From an uncultured Desulfatitalea sp. (lineage in GTDB: Bacteria > Desulfobacterota > Desulfobacteria > Desulfobacterales > Desulfosarcinaceae): a DNA stretch of 64,000 bases. The notes under the pieces are model-generated. The model did not search any database. It was given only the letters and a program-made list of their open reading frames with translations, and had not been told where the DNA came from. This document shows positions 28,170 to 37,831 of this stretch, piece by piece (within the stretch, counting starts at the first letter, position 1; each line of letters opens with the position of its first letter). The position numbers and the translations under genes were made by a program. The DNA is taken from assembly GCA_963668675.2 (NCBI GenBank), contig CAXXMB010000002.1:928001-992000 (forward strand), given 5' to 3'.

Positions 28170-29492
28170 ATGGATGCACTATTATTATCACGATTTCAAT
28201 TCGCGGCCACGACCATGTTTCACTTCCTCTTCGTCCCCCTGACACTGAGCCTCTCGATCATCGTGGCCTACATGGAGACGAAGTACGTCCGCACCGGTGA
28301 CAAGACCTACCTGGATATGACCAAGTTCTGGGCCAAGCTGTTTCTCATCAATTTCGCCGTGGGCGTGGTCACCGGCATCACCCTGGAATTTCAGTTCGGC
28401 ACCAACTGGTCGCGCTACAGCGCCTATGTGGGTGATATCTTCGGTTCCCTTCTGGCCATTGAAGCAACCGCCTCCTTCTTTCTGGAGTCGACCCTCATCG
28501 GCGTGTGGATCTTCGGATGGAAGAAGCTCTCCAAAAAGGCCCATGCGGCGGTCATGTGGATGGTGGCCCTGGGGTCCAATGTATCGGCCGTATGGATCCT
28601 GATCGCCAATGCCTGGATGCAGAGCCCGGTCGGCTATACCATTCGCGATGGAAGAGCGGAACTGATCGACTTTGCAGCAGTGGTGACCCAGAAGTTCGCC
28701 ATCGTCAAAATCATCCACACTGTCAGCTCGGCCCTGGTGCTGGGATCCTTCTTCATCATGGGCATCAGCGCCTACCATCTGCTGCGCAAGAAAAACGTGC
28801 CCTTCTTCAACCGCTCGTTCAAGGTCGGATTGGGTTTCGGCATCGTCTTCTCCCTCGTCGTCTTCATCATGGGCGACCTCAACGGCGTCGTGGTGGCTCA
28901 AAAGCAGCCCACCAAGCTGGCCGCCATGGAGTCCCTGTGGGAGACCCAGAAGTCGGCCCCGGTCTACCTGTTTGCCTGGCCCGACGAGGAGAACGGACGC
29001 AACGCCATCGAGTTCGGCGCCATTCCGGGAGCGCTCAGCCTCCTGGTCGAGCACGATTTCAATGCCGAAATAAAGGGGCTCAACGAATTCCCCAAGGAGG
29101 AGAGGCCACCGGTGCTGATCACCTCTTTCGCCTTCAAAGGCATGGTCGGACTGGGATCGCTGTTTATCCTGCTCACGTTCGTGGGGCTCTTTCTGAAAGA
29201 TAAACTGGTAAACTATCCCCTCTATCTCAAAATCATGGTCGCAGCCATCCCGCTGCCCTACCTGGCCATTCAACTCGGCTGGCTGGTCACGGAGATGGGG
29301 CGGCAACCATGGATCGTCTACGGACTGATGAAGACGGCGGGCGCCAATTCGCCCATCGCCGCATCCCAGGTGGGCATATCGCTGGCCGGCTTCATCGTGG
29401 TGTATGGCCTGCTGGGCCTGGCCGGATTTTACCTGATCGCCCGCAATGCCATCCAGGGCCCTTCCCTGGACGACGCTGCCGATGGGCACTGA
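28170..29492 (+). CDS. cydA: Cytochrome bd oxidase subunit I (short Q-loop)
   Basis: SRFQFA...HFLFVPLT, EFQFGTNW, QPTKLAAME, GRQPW. Confidence 0.97.
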   Translation: MDALLLSRFQFAATTMFHFLFVPLTLSLSIIVAYMETKYVRTGDKTYLDMTKFWAKLFLINFAVGVVTGITLEFQFGTNWSRYSAYVGDIFGSLLAIEATASFFLESTLIGVWIFGWKKLSKKAHAAVMWMVALGSNVSAVWILIANAWMQSPVGYTIRDGRAELIDFAAVVTQKFAIVKIIHTVSSALVLGSFFIMGISAYHLLRKKNVPFFNRSFKVGLGFGIVFSLVVFIMGDLNGVVVAQKQPTKLAAMESLWETQKSAPVYLFAWPDEENGRNAIEFGAIPGALSLLVEHDFNAEIKGLNEFPKEERPPVLITSFAFKGMVGLGSLFILLTFVGLFLKDKLVNYPLYLKIMVAAIPLPYLAIQLGWLVTEMGRQPWIVYGLMKTAGANSPIAASQVGISLAGFIVVYGLLGLAGFYLIARNAIQGPSLDDAADGH

Positions 29493-29596
29493 GGCGCTAT
29501 GCTGGTGAAGCCTGCATGATATGGTGATCCGGAAACAGTCGATCGGGAGAATCGAGCCTAAAAACTGATACGCCAAAAACCAACCAGGAGACAAAA

Positions 29597-30613
29597 ATGG
29601 TACTACAAAACATATGGTTTCTACTTTGGGGATTGCTCTGGGCGCTCTATTTCATCACGGACGGATTCGATCTGGGGATCGGATCGCTCTACCCGTTCCT
29701 GGGCAAAAACGACCAGGACAAACGGGCCATGATCAACGCCATGGGGCCTTTGTGGGACGGCAACCAGGTGTGGCTGCTGACCGCCGGGGGCGTCACCTTC
29801 GCCGCCTTCCCCCTAGTCTACGCGGTGATGTTTTCATCCCTCTACTCTGCATTGATGCTGATCCTCTTCGCCTTGATCATCAGAGGGGTTTCGTTTGAAT
29901 TCAGGCACAAAATCGACGACCCCAAATGGACCCGGATATGGGACACCTGCATCTTCGTCGGCAGCGTGGCACCGGCCATCCTCTTTGGCGTCGCCTTTGC
30001 CAATATCTTCCAGGGGATTCCCTTTGACCAGGAGGGCATCTATCACGGTACCCTGCTCACCCTGCTCAATCCCTACGGGCTGATCGGCGGCGTGCTCTTC
30101 CTGCTGCTCTTCCTGGAGCACGGCGCGCTGTGGCTGGCCATTCGAAGCCAGGGAGCCCTTCACGACCGGGCCGTCAAAACGGCCAACGGGATCTGGCCGG
30201 TACTGCTGGTGATCGCGGTGGTCTTTCTGGTGGCCACCAAGTTCGCCACCTCGCTCTGGGACAACTACCTTGCCAACCCGCTGCTCTTCGTCATCGTCCT
30301 GCTGGCCGTTGCCGGTCTGCTGGGAACGAAAATCTTCCTGACCAAGCAGGCCCTCTTCAAGGCATGGTTCTCTTCGGCCGCAACCATCATCGGGTGCACC
30401 TTCTTCGGGGTGGTGGGTCTTTTCCCCAACCTCTTCCCGTCAAGCCTGGACCCGGCTTACAGCCTGACAGCCCACAACGCCTCTTCCAGCGCGCTGACGC
30501 TGAAGATCATGCTGTTTGTGGTGCTGCTCTTCGTGCCCCTGGTGCTTGTCTATCAGATATGGGCTTACAGCCTGTTCAAGAACAAAGTCGAAACCGAAGA
30601 TATGATGTACTGA
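29597..30613 (+). CDS. cydB: Cytochrome bd oxidase subunit II
   Basis: DGFDLG, WDGNQVWL, FAAFP, RGVSFEFR. Confidence 0.97.
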   Translation: MVLQNIWFLLWGLLWALYFITDGFDLGIGSLYPFLGKNDQDKRAMINAMGPLWDGNQVWLLTAGGVTFAAFPLVYAVMFSSLYSALMLILFALIIRGVSFEFRHKIDDPKWTRIWDTCIFVGSVAPAILFGVAFANIFQGIPFDQEGIYHGTLLTLLNPYGLIGGVLFLLLFLEHGALWLAIRSQGALHDRAVKTANGIWPVLLVIAVVFLVATKFATSLWDNYLANPLLFVIVLLAVAGLLGTKIFLTKQALFKAWFSSAATIIGCTFFGVVGLFPNLFPSSLDPAYSLTAHNASSSALTLKIMLFVVLLFVPLVLVYQIWAYSLFKNKVETEDMMY

Positions 30614-30637
30614 TCGCCACCGGCGATAGCACCAAAT

Positions 30638-30673
30638 AAAAAGGCCGCCCCAAACGGGGTGGCCTTTGCTTTT
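30638..30673. terminator. Bidirectional terminator
   Basis: AAAAAGGCCGCCCC-AAAC-GGGGTGGCCTTT between convergent genes. Confidence 0.8.
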
Positions 30674-30683
30674 GAAGAGGATA

Positions 30684-31148
30684 TTATCTTGCCCACCGTA
30701 ACCACCCGGCGCGCAGTACCAGCGCCCCCAGCGAGGCCAGCATGAAAAAGACAGCCGCCCCCATGTGAAGAAAATTCATACTCATCAACAGGCCCATGGG
30801 GAAAAAGACACCAGGCAAATTCTTGAGAGCCATCACCAATCCGGAAAGCAGGGTCAATGCCAGGAGCAGCGCACGAAGCCTACCCATGGCGGTCAGTTGC
30901 CGCCTGGCATACCCGCGAAAATAGGTGATGAGGTAGTAAACCCCCATGGCCACCAGGATTGCCCCCGCAATATAGTGCACTTTCACGTTGGCAAGAAAGT
31001 CGCCCGACCACGCCAACAAGGGAAGATCACCAATATAGTATCGACCGTAAAGGGGCATGTTGCCGAAGCCGGTAAAGAGGGCCAGCACGACGGCGGCCCG
31101 ATAGATCCATCTCGATGGGGAGCGTTCATCATGATATCTCATATTCAC
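30684..31148 (-). CDS. Small 4-TM membrane protein, cytochrome b / FdhC-like partner of the Fe-S protein
   Basis: Four hydrophobic helices, TGFGNMP, His in helices (VHY, LHM). 4-bp overlap with the Fe-S gene. Confidence 0.65.
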   Translation of the reverse strand: MNMRYHDERSPSRWIYRAAVVLALFTGFGNMPLYGRYYIGDLPLLAWSGDFLANVKVHYIAGAILVAMGVYYLITYFRGYARRQLTAMGRLRALLLALTLLSGLVMALKNLPGVFFPMGLLMSMNFLHMGAAVFFMLASLGALVLRAGWLRWAR

Positions 31149-32116
31149 CTCCCCTTTCCGTCAAGCTTGCGGGCCATGCTGCGGGCCTGCAGAAGCGCGC
31201 CGGCAATGCCGGCAACCGGTGCCACGGCCAGGGCAAAGGCCCAATTGTTGGTCGAGGCCATCACGTCGGCCGCCGCAGCCAGGTGGGGTTTACCCGGCCC
31301 CTTCTCGATGGATTGGTTGAGGAGTTCGAACGGCACGGGCGACACGTAGATCGTATTGGTACCGCCGTTCTCCTTCTCTCCATAAACAAACCCGCCGATC
31401 TCCTTGGCCAGGGCATGTGCCTTCTTCACCATCTCGGTGCGCGATCCGATCTCCTGGACCTCTTCCGGGCAGACCTCGATACAGGCCGGCAGTTCCCCCT
31501 CGGCAAGGCGATTGTAGCAGCGGTCGCACTTGTACATCACCCCATTGCCGGCATACTGGGGCAGCAGATCGAGATGCAGTCCCACGCCGGACTGGCGTTC
31601 AGGAATGTGCCAGGGGCAGACATTTTTGCACTTGGCGCCGCCCATGCACACCTCGGGATGGATGCGGACAATGCCGTTCGGCTCGATGAAAGCTGCGCCG
31701 AACGGGCAGAGTTTAGAGCAGGGCGCATTCTGGCAGTGCATGCAGCGTCGCGGGATATGAATCTCGAAATCTTCTCCGTTGTACTGCCCTTCAGCCGTCT
31801 GGATATAGAGCCAGTTATAGGGCGTCAGCCGGTCGCTCACCTCACGCTTCTCCTCCGACGACCAATCGGCGATCTTGACCCGGTCGCGCGGCACCATCTC
31901 GGGCATGGCCCCCTTCGGTTCTGGAAACTTCTCCTCATTCACCTCGCGGCACGCTTCGACACACGCCTCACAGGCGATGCACTTGCGAATGTCCAACAAG
32001 GTGCAGAGCGCTTCACCTTTATCAGCAGCCGACGCTTTGACAGGCAGACCGGCAGAAGCGACAGCGCCGGCTGTTATCACGCCGGCTTTTAAGAATGACC
32101 TCCTCGAAATCGACAT
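31145..32116 (-). CDS. Tat-exported 4Fe-4S dicluster protein (FdnH/HybA-like)
   Basis: SRRSFLK Tat signal; CIACEAC, CMHCQNAPC, KCDRC...PAC...CP; C-terminal TM anchor. Confidence 0.88.
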   Translation of the reverse strand: MSISRRSFLKAGVITAGAVASAGLPVKASAADKGEALCTLLDIRKCIACEACVEACREVNEEKFPEPKGAMPEMVPRDRVKIADWSSEEKREVSDRLTPYNWLYIQTAEGQYNGEDFEIHIPRRCMHCQNAPCSKLCPFGAAFIEPNGIVRIHPEVCMGGAKCKNVCPWHIPERQSGVGLHLDLLPQYAGNGVMYKCDRCYNRLAEGELPACIEVCPEEVQEIGSRTEMVKKAHALAKEIGGFVYGEKENGGTNTIYVSPVPFELLNQSIEKGPGKPHLAAAADVMASTNNWAFALAVAPVAGIAGALLQARSMARKLDGKGR

Positions 32117-32179
32117 GGCATTGCCTTTCTCCGGCAAGAAATTAAAATGGAAACCGAATGGATCCATTGCGTCAATCTA

Positions 32180-33973
32180 TTACAACAGGCCCTTGAACTC
32201 CTCTTCGAAAATCACCTCTTTTTCCAAAAGGCGTTCGGAGATGCGTATCATGGCATCTTTATGCTCGTTCAGCATATTGCGCACATGCTGCTCCCGCTGA
32301 TCGAGAATGGACTTTATCTCTTCATCCAGTCTGGCCGCTGTTGCCTCACTGTACTCGCGTGCACTGCCAAAGGCTTGGTCTGTCTGCAGAAAAACCGGTG
32401 AGCGCTGTTTAGGATAGGTTGAAAGTCCCAGCGTCTCCCCCATACCATATTCGGAAACAATCGCACGGGCTATGTCCGTGGCCCGCATGAGGTCGTTGCC
32501 CGCACCGGTGGTAACACTGTTGAACATCATCTTCTCTGCTACTCGGCCGCCTAAGAGCACGTCGATTTTGGCCAGCAACTCTTCATGGCTCATCAGATAG
32601 CGATCCTCGGTCGGTCTCTGCTGGGTGTATCCGAGGGCGGCCAAGCCTCTCGGGATGATAGATATTTTATGCACCGGCTCCGCGCCTGGTGTCAAGGCCG
32701 CGGTCAGCGCGTGCCCCACCTCGTGATACGCAACGATCTTTTTCTCTTTTGGGTTAATCACGCGGTTTTTCTTCTCCAGGCCGCCGATGATGCGATCCAC
32801 AGCTTCGTCCAGCTCTTCCATGCCCACGGTCTGTCTCTTCTTGCGTACGGCCAGTAAGGCAGCCTCGTTGAGCACGTTGGCCAGGTCCGCCCCTGAAAAC
32901 CCCGGTGTCTTTTGAGCAATCACCGACAAATCCACATCATCGGCCAACTTGATCCGTTTGGCATGGATCTTCAAAATCGCCTCGCGCCCGTTGATATCAG
33001 GGCGATCGATCAGCACCTGGCGATCAAAACGGCCGGACCGCAACAGCGCCGGATCCAGCACTTCGGGTCGGTTGGTCGCCGCCATGATAATGATGCCGTG
33101 GCTGGTATCAAATCCATCCATCTCCACCAGCAGCTGGTTGAGGGTCTGCTCACGCTCATCGTGGCCGCCCATCATGCCTGCGCCTCTGGCCTTGCCCAAG
33201 GCATCCAACTCATCGATAAAAATGATACACGGCGCCTTCTCGCGGGCCTGGACAAACAGATCACGGACCCTGGCAGCCCCCATCCCCACAAACATCTCCA
33301 CAAAATCGGACCCGCTTATGGAGAAAAAGGGCACACCCGCCTCACCGGCCACAGCACGGGCAATCAGGGTTTTACCGGTCCCTGGCGGCCCCACCAGCAA
33401 CACGCCCCTTGGCATCTGGCCACCAATATCCACGTACTCCTGGGGTTGCTGCAAGAAACCGACAATTTCCTGAAGCTCCTCCTTGGCCTCATCAGCCCCG
33501 GCAACGTCCTCAAAACGTGTCTCGATATCTTTCTCGCCAATAATTTTGGCCTTATTTTTGCCGAACTGCATCATCCCCGCCTGACCGGCCTGCATCCTGC
33601 GCATGAGGAAGTACCACACTCCGAAAAAAAGAAAGACCGGCAAGACCCATGACAACAGGGTTGTGAAGAAAGTGTTTTCCACCTCTCCGGAAAATTTTAC
33701 ATTATGCTCCGTCAGCGCTTCAGATAGATCCGTATCCACACGCACAGTCGTAAAAAGGATCTCATCGCCCTCCTCCTTCCCTTTCATCTTGCCACTGATG
33801 CGGTCCTTGGCCACGGCAATCTCGATCACCTTGTCATCCATTACGCCCTGTATGAACTCGCTATAGGGGATTACCGTGGGGCGGAACTGAGAGAATATTA
33901 AATTCTGAAGCAATATGATGCCCCACACCGCCAGCAACACATACCAGACATTGAATTTGGTCTTGTTCTGCAT
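32180..33973 (-). CDS. ftsH: ATP-dependent zinc metalloprotease FtsH
   Basis: Two TMs, [40 protein letters not shown]. Confidence 0.96.
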   Translation of the reverse strand: MQNKTKFNVWYVLLAVWGIILLQNLIFSQFRPTVIPYSEFIQGVMDDKVIEIAVAKDRISGKMKGKEEGDEILFTTVRVDTDLSEALTEHNVKFSGEVENTFFTTLLSWVLPVFLFFGVWYFLMRRMQAGQAGMMQFGKNKAKIIGEKDIETRFEDVAGADEAKEELQEIVGFLQQPQEYVDIGGQMPRGVLLVGPPGTGKTLIARAVAGEAGVPFFSISGSDFVEMFVGMGAARVRDLFVQAREKAPCIIFIDELDALGKARGAGMMGGHDEREQTLNQLLVEMDGFDTSHGIIIMAATNRPEVLDPALLRSGRFDRQVLIDRPDINGREAILKIHAKRIKLADDVDLSVIAQKTPGFSGADLANVLNEAALLAVRKKRQTVGMEELDEAVDRIIGGLEKKNRVINPKEKKIVAYHEVGHALTAALTPGAEPVHKISIIPRGLAALGYTQQRPTEDRYLMSHEELLAKIDVLLGGRVAEKMMFNSVTTGAGNDLMRATDIARAIVSEYGMGETLGLSTYPKQRSPVFLQTDQAFGSAREYSEATAARLDEEIKSILDQREQHVRNMLNEHKDAMIRISERLLEKEVIFEEEFKGLL

Positions 33974-34231
33974 CCTTCCCTCGCTGTTGGGTGTCAACAC
34001 TCCCCGGCGCAATACAATAATCGCCGGCCGCATATCTTTCAATTTTTAATGGTAAGCGATACCCCGTGATAATCAAGTTCAAATTTATCGTCTCGGGTAT
34101 CGGGAACTGTAAATCTGCAGAACCGATCTGACGCTGGGGACTTTCCTCGATTTCTCTTGATTCCATGGTCGTATAGAGCCATGCGTGCAGCCGTGACAGG
34201 AGAGATTCACCGATATCGGCCCCTTACCCGA

Positions 34232-34861
34232 TCACCCGGTACCCAACAGCTTGAATCCGTCCCGGCAGAGGAACAGCCCCAGTACCATAAGGGTCACGCC
34301 GAGAAAACGCATGATGCAGATATAAATTCGACCCGACAAAAAAGATGCGGACCGGTCTGTTACTATCGCCAAAGCGATTTTGGCCCCCACCAGGCAGAGA
34401 TAGAAACTACCGATGAAGACAAAATGTGCCCCCCACCCTTTGGCCATTGCACGGGAGACAATCGGGGCACCGACACTCAGCCAGAAGAGGTAAGGATGAG
34501 GACTGAGAAAATTGACAACGATGCCCTTAAACAGTGATTTCGGGCGGGAGTTTCGAATATCGTCGTCTACTTTTTTGGCGAAAAAATTTTTGCAGCCGAG
34601 GTAGAAGACAAAAAGACCGCCAGCCAGTGAGAGTAATCCCAAAAGGGTATCGAAAGCGGAGAGTCTGGACAAGAGATAGACAGTCAGAATGATGATGGGT
34701 GCATCTGTGATCAGCGGCGCCAGGGCCACTTTGACACCGGATGAGATGCCGTGCCGCAGTGTTTCGGCGATGACAAGCGCAAGGAGCGGACCAGGTGCGA
34801 AACCGGCCGAAGCCCCCAGTAGAAGGCCCATGATTAGATCGTGCAGCATGTGAAAAGCCAT
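34232..34861 (-). CDS. LysE family translocator
   Basis: Hydrophobic; APGP and VNFLSPHPYLFW motifs. Confidence 0.85.
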   Translation of the reverse strand: MAFHMLHDLIMGLLLGASAGFAPGPLLALVIAETLRHGISSGVKVALAPLITDAPIIILTVYLLSRLSAFDTLLGLLSLAGGLFVFYLGCKNFFAKKVDDDIRNSRPKSLFKGIVVNFLSPHPYLFWLSVGAPIVSRAMAKGWGAHFVFIGSFYLCLVGAKIALAIVTDRSASFLSGRIYICIMRFLGVTLMVLGLFLCRDGFKLLGTG

Positions 34862-34907
34862 CTCCTGTCGAGGACTGATGGGAAACGGACGGGGATACGA
34901 GGTTGCA

Positions 34908-35037
34908 TTTATTAACCCGGCAATTGATTACCTTAGCAATCGACATTCCGGCGGAGGCCGGAATCCAGACCGTTCCTGGATCCCGGATCAAGTCCGGGAT
35001 GACAAAGGTTGGCCTATTTAATTGCCGGTTTAATAAA
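34908..35037. mobile_element. MITE/REP-like palindromic element, copy 2
   Basis: TTTATTAACCCGGCAATT...AATTGCCGGTTTAATAAA enclose GACATTCCGGCGGAGGCCGGAATCCAG / CTGGATCCCGGATCAAGTCCGGGATGAC. Confidence 0.68.
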
Positions 35038-35054
35038 ACCGGCTGCGAAGGCGT

Positions 35055-35627
35055 CTATTTTATCGCAATGGCACCACATGTGGGTGCCTGCCAATCGAGA
35101 CGGCTGTTTCGCTCCAGATGAGTGTCCATCCGTTTGGTTATCTCTTCCGGCAGGGGTGAAGATCTGCGCTGTTTAAGATCAGCGTGGGTGCCCAGAGACT
35201 CCAGGCTGGCAGCCGCCCGGGCAGAGCTCTCATTGATAATGAAATGCATGAAATGGAACCTCTTGGATGACCTGGCCAGCAGTCGGGTACGTACGACAAC
35301 GCTCTGGCCAGCCCTCACTTCGCTCCAGTAGTTGATGAACTGCCTGAGCGCAAAACCACCGGCATGGTTTGTTTCGAAGTATTTCGAGCTCAACCCCAGA
35401 TCCTCGAAAAAATGCCACGTGGCCTCATCGAACAAGGTCATGTACCAGCGCACGTTCATGTGCCCCATGGCATCGATGTAATCTTCGGGAATGATCCGAC
35501 GGTAATAGAGCGGCAACGCGTTCAACTGGTCGAGGGTTACGATGCATTCGTTGCGCCTGTCACGAATAGCGCAATCCATTGATTCGTTCAGATATGCCCC
35601 TCTGTCTTGGATGACTTGGTCTTTCAT
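35055..35627 (-). CDS. Thioesterase (4HBT/hotdog fold)
   Basis: IDAMGHMNVRWY motif. Start uncertain. Confidence 0.85.
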   Translation of the reverse strand: MKDQVIQDRGAYLNESMDCAIRDRRNECIVTLDQLNALPLYYRRIIPEDYIDAMGHMNVRWYMTLFDEATWHFFEDLGLSSKYFETNHAGGFALRQFINYWSEVRAGQSVVVRTRLLARSSKRFHFMHFIINESSARAAASLESLGTHADLKQRRSSPLPEEITKRMDTHLERNSRLDWQAPTCGAIAIK

Positions 35628-35865
35628 GGCATGATTCCGTTAGATGCAAATAGCATCGACCAATAAAGCGCCGGCTCTCTGCCGGCGCCATTGGTCGATT
35701 CAGTAGCGCATCATACAGATCGTGCCCCGATTGTCAAACAGCTGCTTCAACTTTTGAATCGGAACATCTCTGAAAACAGATACAGAATGAAAGGTCATAT
35801 CTATAAGATCGACAACAGACCTTCACTTAAAACTTTCCACTTTCACTCCCCCCTAAAGCGGGGGA

Positions 35866-36324
35866 TTAGTACATCGGGTTGACAACGTAACCTTCACCGC
35901 CGGTTTCACCGATGCCGATAACGCCGGAGGTGTCTCCGTCCTTGTTTTTATTGACATAGCGCACCTTGATCTTGATCGCGTCCGACCCGATGATCTTGCC
36001 GGACTTGTCGGTGGCATTCAGGGTGACCAGGTGGATCCCCATACTCAACTTGTGTGTGGTCAGGCTGTATCCGGTTCCGATTCGTCCATCCAGGCTGGAG
36101 ATCCAAACCAGTTCGGCGCCGTCCAGATCGGCTCCCCGGCTGTCTTTGACGCTGCCGGTAAAATAGACCTTGTCGCCAAAGGTATGGTTGCTGTCGTATA
36201 CAGGACTCGTGATTCGAACGACCGCTGCACTATCGGCCAGGCAAACGCCTGTCGACAGTGCGAGCAGTCCTAAACATAGTATAATGGTTCTCAATGAAAC
36301 TTTTGTTTGAATAGCTTTGATCAT
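35866..36324 (-). CDS. Hypothetical secreted protein with Ig/PKD-like beta domain
   Basis: Signal-peptide-like N-terminus; WISSLDGRIGTG...LSMGIHLVTL pattern. Confidence 0.6.
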   Translation of the reverse strand: MIKAIQTKVSLRTIILCLGLLALSTGVCLADSAAVVRITSPVYDSNHTFGDKVYFTGSVKDSRGADLDGAELVWISSLDGRIGTGYSLTTHKLSMGIHLVTLNATDKSGKIIGSDAIKIKVRYVNKNKDGDTSGVIGIGETGGEGYVVNPMY

Positions 36325-36551
36325 CTACCGACTCCTTTTCTAATAAGACAAAAATTGGGTTCTATAACATTCGTACGCCATAGGCGCAAATTGCCAAATT
36401 CGGGTATTACACCTTGATTTCATTGAAAAAAGGCAGAATTCCAGGTACAGGGCGAGCCCGCCTTTCTCCCCTTTTCATGGGGGATTTTGGCGTCCCTGGA
36501 TGGATCACGGGGGGTGGACGCACCTATTATTTCGACTCTTTTTGGAAAAAC

Positions 36552-36580
36552 TTGACAAATATCAAACAGAGTGCTCTTAT
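36552..36580 (+). promoter_or_regulatory. Candidate sigma70 promoter for the aroF leader
   Basis: AAAAAC-TTGACA-17 bp (ending TGC)-TCTTAT. Confidence 0.55.
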
Positions 36581-36602
36581 CGGCCTCAATTCGAGGTGAA
36601 CA

Positions 36603-36686
36603 ATGACAATCGGGACAGAAACAGACGGTCGGTTCGGGGGAAATTGGTGGCGTTTTGCGCTCTGGCGCCGCATGCCCGCCGGTTGA
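36603..36686 (+). CDS. Trp/Phe-rich leader peptide upstream of aroF, 27 aa (not in ORF track)
   Basis: GAGGTG RBS, then MTIGTETDGRFGGNWWRFALWRRMPAG*, followed by a terminator. Confidence 0.82.
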   Translation: MTIGTETDGRFGGNWWRFALWRRMPAG

Positions 36687-36716
36687 CCGGTGTCGATCCC
36701 GACAACCAAAATTTCC

Positions 36717-36752
36717 GGACCGTGGGCATCAACCGCCCACGGTCTTTTTTTT
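36717..36752 (+). terminator. Attenuator terminator of the aroF leader
   Basis: GGACCGTGGGC-ATCAACC-GCCCACGGTC followed by T8. Confidence 0.88.
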
Positions 36753-36802
36753 GCTGAAGTGGGGGGGTGCCTTGGCGCCGGAAGGACGAAGGAGGAACAC
36801 TC

Positions 36803-37828
36803 ATGTTGATCGTAATGGATAGAAAGGCCACAGACGAGCAGGTCCAACAGGTGGTCAACATCATTGAATCGAGAGGCTTCAAGGCGCGACCAATTCCGGG
36901 CGGCGACAGGGTCTCCATCGGCATCCTCAACAACCAGGGGCCTGTGGATGCGGGCCTTTTTCTGGGATTGCCCGGCGTCAAAGAGGCCATCCCGGTCACC
37001 CGCCCCTACAAACTGGTGAGCCGGGAGATCAAACCAGAAGACACCCTGATCCAGGTGGGCAAGGTCACCATCGGAAACGGCCACCTCACCATCATGGGAG
37101 GGCCGTGTGCCATCGAGAGCGAAACCCAGGCGATGACCATTGCCGAGAAGGTTAAGGAGGCCGGGGGACATATTTTCCGCGGTGGCGCCTTCAAACCGCG
37201 GACCTCCCCTTACACTTTTCAAGGCATGGGATTGGACGGCCTCAAGATCATGGCCAAGGTGAGAGAGACCTATGATCTGCCCGTGGTGACCGAGGCGATG
37301 GACACAGAGACCTTCGACATGGTCGAAGAGTATGCCGACATCGTCCAGATCGGCACACGCAATATGCAGAATTTCAGTTTGCTCAAACGCGCCGGCCGGT
37401 GCAAACGCCCGGTGATGCTCAAGCGCGGCATGTCGGCCACTCTGGATGAGTGGCTCATGGCTGCCGAATACGTCATGGCAGGCGGCAACACCAACGTCAT
37501 CCTGTGCGAACGCGGTGTGCGGACCTTCGTACGCCACAGCCGCAACACCCTCGATCTATCGGTTGTACCGGTCGTTCTCAAAGAGAGTCATCTGCCGATC
37601 ATCATCGACCCCAGCCATGCAGCTGGCAAGCGTGACCAGGTCATTCCCCTGAGCCGGGCGTCAGTGGCCGTCGGCGCACACGGGTTGATGGTGGAGGTGC
37701 ACCACGAACCTGAAAACGCCATGAGCGATGGCGCCCAATCGCTCTATCCGGACCAGTTTAAACAGTTATGCGACTATGCCAGGCGTGTTCGCGCCATATT
37801 GGAGGAAGCCAAACCAAAGGAAGAGTGA
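36803..37828 (+). CDS. aroF: DAHP synthase, type I-beta with N-terminal regulatory domain
   Basis: GGPCAIES, RGGAFKPRTSPY, QIGTRNMQNF, LCERG, IIDPSH. ATG 36803 follows GGAGG. Confidence 0.95.
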   Translation: MLIVMDRKATDEQVQQVVNIIESRGFKARPIPGGDRVSIGILNNQGPVDAGLFLGLPGVKEAIPVTRPYKLVSREIKPEDTLIQVGKVTIGNGHLTIMGGPCAIESETQAMTIAEKVKEAGGHIFRGGAFKPRTSPYTFQGMGLDGLKIMAKVRETYDLPVVTEAMDTETFDMVEEYADIVQIGTRNMQNFSLLKRAGRCKRPVMLKRGMSATLDEWLMAAEYVMAGGNTNVILCERGVRTFVRHSRNTLDLSVVPVVLKESHLPIIIDPSHAAGKRDQVIPLSRASVAVGAHGLMVEVHHEPENAMSDGAQSLYPDQFKQLCDYARRVRAILEEAKPKEE

Positions 37829-37831
37829 TCC

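Noticed and set aside
29493..29596. cydX-like small subunit between or after cydA and cydB
   Set aside because: Only 3-6 codon ORFs between cydA and cydB, and no hydrophobic small ORF after cydB.
34527..35121. Small ORFs containing IPASAGM / IPAEAGIQ
   Set aside because: They are translations of the palindromic repeat at 34908-35037.
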